The notes: a model not told the origin generated them from the sequence alone. A DNA stretch of 37,343 bases from Candidatus Tenderia sp. (GCA_031416075.1 JANOSY010000018.1:1-37343); one strand, 5' to 3'. Shown: positions 1-9,749, counted from the first letter of the stretch. Numbers and translations are program-made.

Positions 1-140
1 AAGATTATGGAATTCATTGAGGTCCACAATACCGATCCAAAACCCTTTGTGTGGACAAAAACAACTGAAGCGATTTTAGAGAAAATCGGGCGTGCTAAGG
101 CTGCCTTGGTATGAGTATATTATTTGTTACAGCACACTAG
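1..140 (+). mobile_element. 3' end of an IS630-family insertion sequence (transposase C-terminus at 1-114 plus right end)
   Basis: Frame 1 reads KIMEFIEVHNTDPKPFVWTKTTEAILEKIGRAKAALV* (stop 112-114). HNxxPKPFxWTK is the typical IS630 transposase C-terminus. It is followed by ...gttacagcacaCTAG (ends 140), resembling IS630 ends with a TA/CTAG target. Confidence 0.85.
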
Positions 141-584
141 AATCGATAGTTGCTTCAGAATGTCCTTGAAACCGATTTTAGTGAGCTCCGCATGTTTCAC
201 CATTGACAATGACTCTGCGGCAGTTGCTTCTATGCTGGCCTCAACGAATGCGCCGAGGTTGCGTATGTACCAGTCCCAATGGCTTCGAAGTGCGATAAGA
301 ACATTCTGTGTCACCATTTTTTCGATAAGGAGCTGATATTTTATCAAGTATTTCCATCCTTCTTCCCATAGATCTTTTTCAAGTCCAGCCCGCATAAGAG
401 ATGCCTCGATCTCTTCCAATGCATTGGGTTGTCGAATTCGCTGACCGGCAGCTTCGTCGGCTAGCATGGCGTGAAACAGTGTCGCTTGCATTAGTTCGTG
501 GGTCTGATGCGCAATCTTCAACGGAAATGTGTGAGATTTCACATCGTCAGTTATATTGGTTATTGATGGTAAAGTTACGTGCAT
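137..584 (-). pseudogene. Hypothetical protein truncated at its 3' end by the IS630 insertion
   Basis: ORF track 120..623, with likely start MHVTLPS at 584 because the upstream extension lies inside a REP-like repeat. The last residues (LVCCNK*) are read from the IS end. The DNA is visibly AT-richer than the adjacent mfd. Confidence 0.6.
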
Positions 585-594
585 ATCTAGTCTC

Positions 595-672
595 GTAGGG
601 TGTGCTTTGCGCACGCTGCACATGCGTAAGTGGCCTCTGGTAGATCGACAGCGTGCGCACAGCGCACCTTAC
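595..672. repeat. GTAG-type REP doublet (REPIN-like inverted repeat)
   Basis: Left arm gtagggtgtgctttgcgcacgctg (595-618) and right arm cagcgtgcgcacagcgcaccttac (649-672) match at 21/24 as inverted repeats. Each arm starts GTAR and has an internal GTGYGC..GCGCAC palindrome. It lies just downstream of the mfd stop. Confidence 0.75.
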
Positions 673-684
673 CCACCTGCATTA

Positions 685-3600
685 TCACGCCAGCAACCCC
701 AGCACCTTCTCCATCGCCACAATCCGCTCCTCAGTCTCCACCATCGGCATGATGATGCGCAGTTTGTCCTGGCCATCGAGTTTGTAGGTTTTGTTCTGCT
801 TTTGGATTAGATCAATAATCTTGATCGGATCGATGTTGGTTTGTGCTGCAAATATCAGACGGCCGCCTTGTGGTCCGGCTTCGATCTTTTTGATGCCGAG
901 TGGTTGGGCTTTGAGTTTTAATTCGGTGACACGCACGAGGTTTTTCAAAGCATCGGGCAGCAGGCCGAAGCGGTCGATCATCTCTACTTGCAGTTCGCGC
1001 AGTTCGTCGTCGTTGGCGGCGTTGGCGATGCGTTTGTACATCACCAGGCGGGTATGTACGTCGGGCAGGTAATCGGCGGGGATGAGGGCGGGGATTTTTA
1101 GATCGATCTCGGCGTGTTGCTCCAGCGGCTGGTCGAGGTTGGGGACTTTGCCGGCCTTGAGTGCCTTGACGGCGCGCTCCAGCAGTTCGCTGTACATGGT
1201 GAAGCCGACCTCTTGAATCTGGCCGCTCTGTTCGTCGCCGAGCAGTTCGCCGGCGCCGCGAATTTCTAAATCGTGTGTTGCGAGTGTGAAGCCTGCTCCC
1301 AATCCTTCGAGTGATTCAATCGCTTCCATGCGTTTGACGGCATCGGTGGTCATGCTGCGCTGGGGCGGAACAACGAGGTAGGCGTAGGCCTGATGGTATG
1401 AACGACCCACACGGCCGCGCAACTGGTAGAGCTGGGCGAGGCCGAGCTTGTCGGCGCGGTTCATGATGATGGTATTGGCGGTGGGTACGTCGATACCGGT
1501 TTCGATAATGGTGGTGCAGACCAGGATGTTGTGACGCTGGTGATAGAAATCGAGCATCACCTGTTCGAGGTCGCGTTCACGCATCTGGCCATGGGCGACC
1601 ACAATACGCGCCTCGGGTATCAGCTCGCGCAGTTCGTTGGCCTGTCTTTCGATGGTATCCACTTCGTTGTGCAGGAAGTAGACCTGGCCACCACGTTTGA
1701 TTTCGCGCAGGCATGCCTCGCGCACCAGGCTTGTATCCCACTGACGGACGAAGGTTTTGATGGCGAGGCGTTTCGACGGTGGGGTGGCGATGATGGAGAG
1801 GTCACGCATCTCGGAGAGTGCCATGTTCAATGTGCGTGGGATCGGTGTGGCGGTGAGCGTGAGTATGTCGACCTCGGCGCGCAGCGATTTGAGCCGCTCC
1901 TTCTGGCGCACACCAAAGCGGTGCTCTTCATCGAGGATGACAAGACCGAGTTCGGTGAACCTGACGCTGCTTTGCAGCAGTTTGTGGGTGCCGATGATGA
2001 TGTCGACCTTGCCTTCGGCAAGTGCGGCGAGCACTTCGTTCTGTTCCTTCTGCGAACGAAAGCGTGACAGTACTTCGATGCGCATCGGCCAGTCGGCAAA
2101 ACGGTCACGGAAGTTCTGGTAGTGCTGTTGTGCCAGCAGTGTTGTTGGCACCAGTACCGCTACCTGTTTGCCGCCATGTACGGCGAGGAAGGTGGCGCGC
2201 ATCGCTACCTCTGTTTTACCAAAACCAACATCACCGCAGATGAGGCGGTCCATCGGTTTGTCGCTGACCATATCTTTGATGACGTTGTGGATCGCCTCTT
2301 CCTGATCGGGCGTCTCTTCAAAGGGGAAGGCGGCGGCAAAGGTACGGTAGTGTTCGTCTGGCTCGGTGTAGGCGTGGCCCCGGCGGGCGGCACGACGGGC
2401 GTAGATGTCGAGCAGTTCGGCGGCGACGTCGTGGGCCCGTTCGGCGGCTTTGCGTTTGACCTTCTGCCAGTGGTCGCTGCCGAGTTTGTGCAGTGGTGCA
2501 CTCTCGGGCGCGGTGCCGGTGAAGCGGCTGATCAGGTGTAGCGACGAGACCGGCACGTAGAGTTTGTCGCCACCGGCATATTCAAGCGCCAGAAATTCGG
2601 TGGTGAGGCCGCCGATGTCGAGGCTTTGCAGGCCGAGGTAGCGGCCAACGCCGTGCTCTTCATGCACGACCGGGCTGCCGGGCATGAGTTCGGTGAGGCT
2701 GCGGACGATGGCGTCGTCGTCACGTTTGGTGACCTTGCGGCGGCGGCGCTGCATGACGGTGTCGCCAAAGAGTTGGGGTTCACAGATGACGGCGATGGCT
2801 GGGAGTTGGGTCGATCCTGGCAGGAGCAGCCCTTTTTCCAGCGGTGCGACGGTGATGCCGATGCGGGCGGCGTCGTCATCCAGAAAACTGAGCCAGTCGG
2901 GGTAGGTGCGGGGGTGGATGTCGTCGCGTTTGAGTATTTCGAGCAGGGCTTCACGCCGGCCGCTGGTTTCAGCGGCAAAGAGGATGCGCCCTTTAAAGCT
3001 GTTGATGAAGTCGCGCAGCGGTGCCAGGGGTTGTGGGATGCGGGCGTTGATGTTAAGTGCCGGGGCGACCTGGGTGGCGAAGTTGTAGACGCCGGGGGCC
3101 TCTTCGACTTCGAAGTGGTGGCAATTGATACGTGGGAACGTGTCGATGCGGCTGAGTAGCTCACCGCTCTCGATAAAGACCCGTGTGGGTGCCAGGATGG
3201 GGCGGTCTTTATTGTAGCGGCGCTGTTCAAAGCGCTCTTCGGCCTCTTTCGAGAAGGCGCTGGCAGCCTCTGTGATCCCCTCTTCCAAAACAACCACGGT
3301 ATTGTTGGGCAGGTAGTCAAAGAGGGTGGTGGTCTGTTCAAAAAAGAGTGGCAGGTAGTATTCGATGCCGGGGGCGGCGATCCCTTCGGTGACATCCTTA
3401 TATATAGTAGAGCGGGCCGGGTCGCCTTCGAACTCGGCACGATAGGCTTGACGGAACTGGGTGATCGCCTCTTTGGTGAGCGGGAACTCACGGGCGGGCA
3501 GTAGCCGTACCGTGGTGACACTCTTTATAGAAAGCTGGGTCTCGGGGTCGAAGCTGCGGATGGTATCGATCTCATCGTCAAAGAGATCGATGCGGTAGGG

Positions 3601-4182
3601 GATCTTGCTGCCCATGGGGAATAGATCTACCAGCGCACCACGCACGGTGTACTCGCCATGTTCCATCACCTGTGAGACGCAGCGGTAGCCGTTGCGCTCC
3701 AGCCGCATCCGCAGTGCCTCGATGTTGAGTTTGTCGCCGATGTCGAGCATCAGACTGTGGGCTTCGATATACTCGTGCGGTGCCAGCCGGTGCATGGCGG
3801 TGGCGGCGGGGATGATCAGCACCCCTTTTTTGATCTGTGGCAGACGGTAGAGTGCTTCGAGCCGCTGCGAGATGATGTCCTGATGGGGCGAAAAGATGTC
3901 GTAGGGCAGTGTCTCCCAGTCAGGGAAGGCGATGACGGGCCGCTCCTCCTCGTTGGCGAGGTAGAAGCGCAGCTCATACTCCAGGCGTGTTGCCATCAGT
4001 GAGTCGGCGGTGATCACCACCAGCAGCCCATCGTGTTGTCGCGCCCCCTGGCCCAGCACCATGCCAAAGCTGCTACCGTGGAGTCGTGCCCAAGTAGTGT
4101 GTGGGTGATCTGCACCGGGCAGCGGGGGGTTGAAGGGGTCGTGATGGGTGATGGTTTTGATGTCGGCGGCTTGTTGGGTCAT
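685..4182 (-). CDS. mfd: Transcription-repair coupling factor Mfd
   Basis: 1165 aa. FPDWETLPYD N-terminus, RID (VVHEEHGVGRY), Walker A GDVGFGKT, DEEH, TATPIPRT, QLRGRVGR, HDLEIRGAGELLG and a C-terminal TRCF domain. Confidence 0.98.
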   Translation of the reverse strand: MTQQAADIKTITHHDPFNPPLPGADHPHTTWARLHGSSFGMVLGQGARQHDGLLVVITADSLMATRLEYELRFYLANEEERPVIAFPDWETLPYDIFSPHQDIISQRLEALYRLPQIKKGVLIIPAATAMHRLAPHEYIEAHSLMLDIGDKLNIEALRMRLERNGYRCVSQVMEHGEYTVRGALVDLFPMGSKIPYRIDLFDDEIDTIRSFDPETQLSIKSVTTVRLLPAREFPLTKEAITQFRQAYRAEFEGDPARSTIYKDVTEGIAAPGIEYYLPLFFEQTTTLFDYLPNNTVVVLEEGITEAASAFSKEAEERFEQRRYNKDRPILAPTRVFIESGELLSRIDTFPRINCHHFEVEEAPGVYNFATQVAPALNINARIPQPLAPLRDFINSFKGRILFAAETSGRREALLEILKRDDIHPRTYPDWLSFLDDDAARIGITVAPLEKGLLLPGSTQLPAIAVICEPQLFGDTVMQRRRRKVTKRDDDAIVRSLTELMPGSPVVHEEHGVGRYLGLQSLDIGGLTTEFLALEYAGGDKLYVPVSSLHLISRFTGTAPESAPLHKLGSDHWQKVKRKAAERAHDVAAELLDIYARRAARRGHAYTEPDEHYRTFAAAFPFEETPDQEEAIHNVIKDMVSDKPMDRLICGDVGFGKTEVAMRATFLAVHGGKQVAVLVPTTLLAQQHYQNFRDRFADWPMRIEVLSRFRSQKEQNEVLAALAEGKVDIIIGTHKLLQSSVRFTELGLVILDEEHRFGVRQKERLKSLRAEVDILTLTATPIPRTLNMALSEMRDLSIIATPPSKRLAIKTFVRQWDTSLVREACLREIKRGGQVYFLHNEVDTIERQANELRELIPEARIVVAHGQMRERDLEQVMLDFYHQRHNILVCTTIIETGIDVPTANTIIMNRADKLGLAQLYQLRGRVGRSYHQAYAYLVVPPQRSMTTDAVKRMEAIESLEGLGAGFTLATHDLEIRGAGELLGDEQSGQIQEVGFTMYSELLERAVKALKAGKVPNLDQPLEQHAEIDLKIPALIPADYLPDVHTRLVMYKRIANAANDDELRELQVEMIDRFGLLPDALKNLVRVTELKLKAQPLGIKKIEAGPQGGRLIFAAQTNIDPIKIIDLIQKQNKTYKLDGQDKLRIIMPMVETEERIVAMEKVLGLLA

Positions 4183-4315
4183 AGGCTGGTCTGTAATGGT
4201 TTATGCTGGTCTGTGATGGGGGGCTATTCTGGCATATTTAGCGGTGTCGGTGGAATGTGCCGTTCTGCCTTTTGGTGGCGAGTGCCGCAGGATGGGCCGG
4301 AGCGGGTAAGCTTCA

Positions 4316-4333
4316 GGTTTTGGTACCAAAACC
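4316..4333. promoter_or_regulatory. Perfect 18-bp palindrome, candidate operator in the divergent mfd/MMPL intergenic region
   Basis: ggttttggtaccaaaacc is its own reverse complement and lies about 75 bp upstream of the MMPL start. Confidence 0.45.
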
Positions 4334-4406
4334 GATAGTTAGAGTTGCCCCGCAAGCGCCTGCCCGGCGTAGTGTTTTGGGCAAGTGTAATGATAGTAGG
4401 GACTGG

Positions 4407-6704
4407 ATGCTCATGGTTGAACGTTATGCAGAATGGTTGATTCGTTGGCGCTGGGGGGTCATTGTGCTGACTCTGCTGTGGCTGCTTGCCGCCGCCTATG
4501 GTACCCGCTTTTTGACCTTCAGCAACGACTACCGTGTCTATTTCACCAAGGAAAATCCCCAGCTCCTCGCCTTCGAAAAGCTGCAGAATACCTATAACAA
4601 GGTCGACAATGTCCTGATTGTCATCACCCCCAAGGAGGGGGATGTCTTTACTGCATCGACCCTCGATGCAGTCGAGGGGCTGACACAGGCCGCTTGGCAG
4701 ATACCCTATTCGACACGTGTCGATTCGCTGACCAACTTCCAGTATACCCGTGGTGCTGATGATGATCTGGTAGTGACTGATCTGGTCAAGGATGCAACCG
4801 TATTGAGCGCTGCTGAACTGTCGCAGGTCAGGTTGACGGCCTTGGCAGAACCCTTGCTGGCGCAGCGCATGATATCGAAAGATGGGCGGGTGACGGCGGT
4901 CAATGTCACTGTGCAGCTGCCCGAGCGTGATCTGCAAAAAGAGGTGCCGGAGGTGGTTGGCCATGTCCGCCAGATGGTGGCCTCTTTCAAGTCGCAACAC
5001 CCTGATCTGGAGGCGCGCCTGACTGGCGGGATAATGATGAATAACGCCTTCTCCGAGGCGGCCCGTGATGATCTGCAAACGCTGGTGCCACTGATGTTTC
5101 TGGTGATTGTGGTGGTGATGGCGCTGGCGTTGCGTACTACTGCCAGTGTTGTGAGTACTGTGCTGGTGATTGCCATGAGCATTATCAGCGCCATGGGGTT
5201 GGCGGGGTGGGCGGGGATTGTATTGACACCACCAAGTGTCTCGGCACCGGTGGTGATCATGACACTTTCGGTGGCCAACTGCATGCACCTACTCACCAGC
5301 TACCTGCATGCCATGTATCAAGGGATGGATCGGCATGCGGCCATGGTTGATAGCATAAAGGTCAATTTCCACCCCTTTTTCTTGACCAATGTCACTACGG
5401 TGGTCGGTTTTCTCACCATGAATTTCAGCGAGGCGCCGCCGTTCCGCGATCTGGGCAATATTCTCAGCATTGGCGTTCTGACCAACTATCTGCTCTGTAT
5501 CACCTTTCTGCCGGCACTTGTGATGATGTTGCCGATCAAGGTCAGGCCCGGGGGGGACAAAACCATCGCCCGGATGGGCCGATTTGCTGAGTTTATTATC
5601 CGCAATCGTTACCGTTCGTTGTGGATAGTTGCGTTGATTGCGGCGGTGCTGATCGCCTTTGTCCCAAAGAATGAACTGAATGATAACTTTGTGGAGTATT
5701 TCGACGACTCATACCAGTTCCGTCGTGATACCGATTACAGCAGCGCAAATCTTACCGGTATGTACCAGCTCTTCTACTCGGTGGAGAGTGGTCGTGCCAA
5801 TGGTGTCACCGATCCTGACTACCTGCGAACGCTGGAGTCGTTTGCCGAGTGGTACCGGCAGCAGCCGGAGGTGCAGCATGTGGCCAGCTTTACCGAGATC
5901 ATGAAGCGGCTGAACAAAAACATGCATGAGGAGGACCAATCGTACTACCGGGTGCCGGAGGATCGGGAGCTGTCGGCCCAATATCTGCTGCTCTATGAGA
6001 TGTCGCTACCGTTCGGACTCGATCTCAATGATCAGATTAATATTGATAAATCGGCGACACGTATGATCGTTAGCATCAAAAACCTCACCTCTTCACAGAT
6101 TCTGGCGCTGGAGGCGCGGGCGCAGCAATGGTTGCAGCACAATGCGCCTACAATTAAGGCAGAAGGGACCGGACCAATTCTGATGTTCTCCTACATTGGC
6201 ATGCGTAACATCCAGAGCATGTTGGTGGGGTCCATGTGGTCGCTGCTGGCGATCTCGGTGGTGGTGATTTTTGCATTATGGTCGCTGCGGTTGGGGATCA
6301 TCAGCCTGATCCCCAACATCGTGCCGATATTGATGGCCTTTGGTGTCTGGGGGTTGTTTGTGGGGCAGGTCAGTCTGGCGGCTTCGGTGGTGGCAAGTGC
6401 CGCCTTAGGCATTATCATTGACGATACTGTTCACTTCCTATCCAAGTTTAAGTATGCACGGCAGAAAAAAGGGTTGTCCGCTGAGGACGCAGTAAGATAC
6501 GCATTCACTACAGTGGGTACGGCTATCTGGTATATGACGGTGGTGCTGGTGGCGGGGTTCCTGGTGTTGGGACTTTCCGGCTTTGAGCTGAATTCGTCGC
6601 TGGGGATATTGACTGCTGTGACAATTACTATTGCGCTGGTGGTAGATTTTATGTTGATGCCGCCGCTGTTGATTATTATGGAGGGAAAACGAGATGCCAA
6701 ATAA
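4407..6704 (+). CDS. MMPL/RND-superfamily inner-membrane transporter
   Basis: Two repeats of TM + periplasmic loop + 5 TM. Motifs FSNDYRVYF, RVDSLTNFQ, GIIIDDTVHFL, AQYLLLYEMSLPFGLDLN. The start is probably MLMVERY at 4407/4413, not 4257. Confidence 0.9.
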   Translation: MLMVERYAEWLIRWRWGVIVLTLLWLLAAAYGTRFLTFSNDYRVYFTKENPQLLAFEKLQNTYNKVDNVLIVITPKEGDVFTASTLDAVEGLTQAAWQIPYSTRVDSLTNFQYTRGADDDLVVTDLVKDATVLSAAELSQVRLTALAEPLLAQRMISKDGRVTAVNVTVQLPERDLQKEVPEVVGHVRQMVASFKSQHPDLEARLTGGIMMNNAFSEAARDDLQTLVPLMFLVIVVVMALALRTTASVVSTVLVIAMSIISAMGLAGWAGIVLTPPSVSAPVVIMTLSVANCMHLLTSYLHAMYQGMDRHAAMVDSIKVNFHPFFLTNVTTVVGFLTMNFSEAPPFRDLGNILSIGVLTNYLLCITFLPALVMMLPIKVRPGGDKTIARMGRFAEFIIRNRYRSLWIVALIAAVLIAFVPKNELNDNFVEYFDDSYQFRRDTDYSSANLTGMYQLFYSVESGRANGVTDPDYLRTLESFAEWYRQQPEVQHVASFTEIMKRLNKNMHEEDQSYYRVPEDRELSAQYLLLYEMSLPFGLDLNDQINIDKSATRMIVSIKNLTSSQILALEARAQQWLQHNAPTIKAEGTGPILMFSYIGMRNIQSMLVGSMWSLLAISVVVIFALWSLRLGIISLIPNIVPILMAFGVWGLFVGQVSLAASVVASAALGIIIDDTVHFLSKFKYARQKKGLSAEDAVRYAFTTVGTAIWYMTVVLVAGFLVLGLSGFELNSSLGILTAVTITIALVVDFMLMPPLLIIMEGKRDAK

Positions 6705-7500
6705 TTCCATGTTTAACAGGTTCCGTGTTGCAGCTGCCGTTGTAGTAATGGCCATAAATGTGCATCAGGCAGTGGCGGATGAGGCCGCAGATAAAGGTTT
6801 GCAGATTGCCAGGGAGGCTGAGCTGCGGGGCAATGGTTTTGGTGATTTTACCGCCACCATGGAGATGATCCTCAAGAATCGCCAGGGCGACACCAATACC
6901 CGGTATATCCGAATCCTTGGCCTGGAGGTGCCGGGTGATGGTGACAAGAGCCTCTCGATCTTCGATGAACCGGCTGACGTGAGGGGCACAGCGATGTTGA
7001 CCTATTCGCACAAAACCGAACCGGATGATCAGTGGCTCTATCTGCCGGCATTGAAGCGGGTCAAACGTATCGCCTCTGATAATAAGTCGGGGCCTTACAT
7101 GGGCAGTGAGTTTGCTTATGAGGATATCGCCTCTCAGGAGCTGGAAAAATATACCTATAAATACCTGCGTGACGAGGTTTTTGAGGGGGCTGACTGCTTT
7201 GTGGTTGAGCGCATCCCGGTGGATGAAAACTCCGGCTATAAACGCCAGATCGTCTGGCTGGATAAAGCGGAGTACCGGCCATTAAAAACCGATTTTTATG
7301 ACCGTAAAGATACCTTGCTAAAAACCTTGACCAACAAGGGGTATAAACGATATCTGCAACACCAGTGGCGTCCTGACGAGATGTTTATGGAAAACGTTCA
7401 GAACGGCAAAACGACCCGTATTCTGTGGAAGAGCTATCGTTTCCGCACGGGTCTGGTGGATAAGGATTTTCAGGTGGATGACCTGAAACGGGCACGCTAG
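6694..7500 (+). CDS. Outer-membrane lipoprotein-sorting protein (LolA-like fold), periplasmic partner of the MMPL transporter
   Basis: Signal peptide. Motifs DGDKSLSIFDEPADVRGT, DDQWLYLPALKRVKRI, GSEFAYED, FYDRKDTLLKTL. Overlaps the MMPL stop. Confidence 0.88.
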   Translation: MPNNSMFNRFRVAAAVVVMAINVHQAVADEAADKGLQIAREAELRGNGFGDFTATMEMILKNRQGDTNTRYIRILGLEVPGDGDKSLSIFDEPADVRGTAMLTYSHKTEPDDQWLYLPALKRVKRIASDNKSGPYMGSEFAYEDIASQELEKYTYKYLRDEVFEGADCFVVERIPVDENSGYKRQIVWLDKAEYRPLKTDFYDRKDTLLKTLTNKGYKRYLQHQWRPDEMFMENVQNGKTTRILWKSYRFRTGLVDKDFQVDDLKRAR

Positions 7501-9158
7501 TGTCCACAGTTGCGGGGGTAAAGATGGGCCGTTTGGGGTCTGTAGCACTGTTGCTAATGTTGGGGCTGCCGCTGGTCGGACAGGCGGCGGAGTATGTGCG
7601 CATTGGTAAATATGCCACTGTGCGTGATAGCCAGCAGATGCGTGAGCGGCTGGAGCGTGAAGGTTTTCCGGTGGTGGAGCGGTTGGTCCCGGTATCGGCA
7701 GAGCGCACCGCTATACTGGTGCTGGTGGGGCCGTTTGATGGGGGGCATAAGGCCCGTGAGCAGCTTAACCGGCTGAATGAGATGGGCTGGAAGGGGGTCT
7801 TGCAGCACTTTGATTCGATCACCCCGCCGTTACGCCCTGCCAAGGAGCACCCTCCAGAGCCTGTCGCTCCTGAAAGTCGGGTGGAGCTTGAGCGTCCGCC
7901 GGAATTGGGGGCTGATGGTGCTACACAGATGGCAAAAATAACAGCACCCGATTCAGTGGCACCATTGCCAGGAACGGTGCTGCCTGACGATGAGGGGGAG
8001 GGGAGTAGCGTTTTTCCTAAGCAGCGACGGTTGCGTTTGTCCGGTTATGCCACGCTGGATGGTCGTTACTTCCGTGAAGAGGCGCTCTATCCAGAGCAGT
8101 CCGATACCACCTCCTCCATCGTATTGCAGCCCGAGCTTTACATGGCGTGGCGCGGTGGTGACAGTACACTGACGTTTAGCCCCTTTGTGCGTGCCGGTGA
8201 TGTAGATGACGAACGCAACCATGCCGATGTGCGTGAATTGATCTGGTCCAATAACCTGGGGGACTGGGACCTGCGTCTCGGTGTTGGGCGTGTTTTTTGG
8301 GGGGTGACAGAGTCCCAGCATCTGGTTGATGTAATCAATCAGCTTGATATGGTCGAAGATCTGGATGGCGAGAGCAAACTTGGCCAGCCCATGGTTAACT
8401 TGAGCCACAGCAGCCCCTGGGGCACACTGGAGCTGTATGCGTTGCCTGGTTTCCGGGAACGGACGTTTGCGGGGCTGGAGGGGCGGTTACGTGGCCCGCT
8501 GTTGGTTGATACCGATCAGACGGTGTATGAGTCTCCCGACAAAGATCGCCATCTGGACTGGGCGGTGCGCTGGTCGCACTACATCGGCGATGTTGATATT
8601 GGCCTATCCCACTTTTCGGGTACGGCACGGGCACCCCGACTGGAACTGGGTTTTAACGGCCAGGGGCAGCCAGTACTCGTCCCCCATTACGATCTGTTGC
8701 AGCAGACCGGTCTATCGTTACAGGCGCTGGCAGGGGCTTGGACCTGGAAGCTGGAGGCGGTCTCGGCAGCACAGCGTCAAGAGCGCCACCTGGCGGTGAC
8801 TGCTGGTTTTGAATACACCCATGTCGGGCTGCTGGGATCACAGATGGATCTGGGGATGCTGGCGGAGTATCTCTATGATGAGCGTGGCGTGACGGCCCCC
8901 ACCCCATTTGCCAATGACCTGATGGTGGGGTTGCGCTGGGTGTTCAATGACATACAGAGCAGCGAAATATTGGTCGGCATGATACGTGACCTCGATGGCA
9001 GTGCAAACAGCGTCAATATAGAAGCGAGCCGTCGCCTGGGGCAAAACTGGAAGGTCTCGTTGGAGTATCGTGGCAACAACGCGGTTGAGGCCACCGATCG
9101 CCTCTACCCTATCCGTATGGATGATTACCTCCAGTTAGAGCTGTTCCGCTACTTCTGA
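7500..9158 (+). CDS. Outer-membrane beta-barrel protein with an N-terminal SPOR-like domain and Pro-rich linker
   Basis: Signal peptide, then a SPOR-like pattern (VRIGKY...LEREGF...VLVGPF...A...L...GW), a Pro/Glu linker, and a barrel with VFWGVTESQHLVDVINQ and LPGFRERTF. Ends in the aromatic LELFRYF. The start may be 7524. Confidence 0.75.
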   Translation: MSTVAGVKMGRLGSVALLLMLGLPLVGQAAEYVRIGKYATVRDSQQMRERLEREGFPVVERLVPVSAERTAILVLVGPFDGGHKAREQLNRLNEMGWKGVLQHFDSITPPLRPAKEHPPEPVAPESRVELERPPELGADGATQMAKITAPDSVAPLPGTVLPDDEGEGSSVFPKQRRLRLSGYATLDGRYFREEALYPEQSDTTSSIVLQPELYMAWRGGDSTLTFSPFVRAGDVDDERNHADVRELIWSNNLGDWDLRLGVGRVFWGVTESQHLVDVINQLDMVEDLDGESKLGQPMVNLSHSSPWGTLELYALPGFRERTFAGLEGRLRGPLLVDTDQTVYESPDKDRHLDWAVRWSHYIGDVDIGLSHFSGTARAPRLELGFNGQGQPVLVPHYDLLQQTGLSLQALAGAWTWKLEAVSAAQRQERHLAVTAGFEYTHVGLLGSQMDLGMLAEYLYDERGVTAPTPFANDLMVGLRWVFNDIQSSEILVGMIRDLDGSANSVNIEASRRLGQNWKVSLEYRGNNAVEATDRLYPIRMDDYLQLELFRYF

Positions 9159-9706
9159 TAGCGTTTAAGCAATACATACAGCGCCCCGGCACCACCATGT
9201 TCAGTACGGGCCGGGCAGAAGGCGAGCACAGCCTCAAGCTGTTGCAGCCAGAGCGGTACCTTGCCTTTGAGTACCGGACGCCCCAGGTGAGAGCTGTTGC
9301 CCTGGCCGTGAATTATCCTGACATGACGGATGGCTTGGTCCCGGCAATGGTGCAGAAAGTGAAGAAGGGCAGTACGGGCCTCGGTGACTGTCAGTCCATG
9401 CAGATCAAGGGTCAGTTCGGCGTCAAATTGGCCGCGTCGGAGTTTGCGTAACACCCCCTGCTGAACCCCCGGGCGCACAAACTCAGTGGCAGCACCGTTC
9501 AGTTCAGACTCGGCGGACTGGTAACCCTCAGAGATCGGGTCGTGAAGCAGGGCAGAGTCCTGTGTACTGTAAGTGGTGCGCCGTAGCTTGGCTGTGGGTC
9601 GGGCAGGTTTGATGGCCACCTTATCCTGTTTGAGACGCCGGACAGCCCCGATCGATTCACGGAACAGCAGACTATCTTCAACACTGATTTTAGGGTCTTT
9701 GGCCAT
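9149..9706 (-). CDS. Smr domain protein (SmrA/SmrB-like)
   Basis: LRKLRRG, LDLHGLT, IIHGQG, PVLK and GGAGALYVLL. The real start is MAKDPK at 9706 because the longer ORF runs into the tRNA. Confidence 0.92.
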   Translation of the reverse strand: MAKDPKISVEDSLLFRESIGAVRRLKQDKVAIKPARPTAKLRRTTYSTQDSALLHDPISEGYQSAESELNGAATEFVRPGVQQGVLRKLRRGQFDAELTLDLHGLTVTEARTALLHFLHHCRDQAIRHVRIIHGQGNSSHLGRPVLKGKVPLWLQQLEAVLAFCPARTEHGGAGALYVLLKRYQK

Positions 9707-9749
9707 AGGGGGAATTCTAGCACTGCTGTTGGCACAGGGCCGTAAAACG

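Noticed and set aside
595-672. Possible integron attC site
   Set aside because: Lacks RYYYAAC/GTTRRRY ends and fits a GTAG-type REP doublet better.
1531-3521. Long alternative-frame ORFs inside mfd (for example 2532..3521, 329 aa)
   Set aside because: Shadow ORFs of a GC-rich gene with biased composition and no recognisable motifs.
4224-5296. 354-aa and 196-aa antisense ORFs over the MMPL gene, His-rich at the start
   Set aside because: The His/Gln runs are the reverse complement of Val/Met/Leu codons in TM helices.
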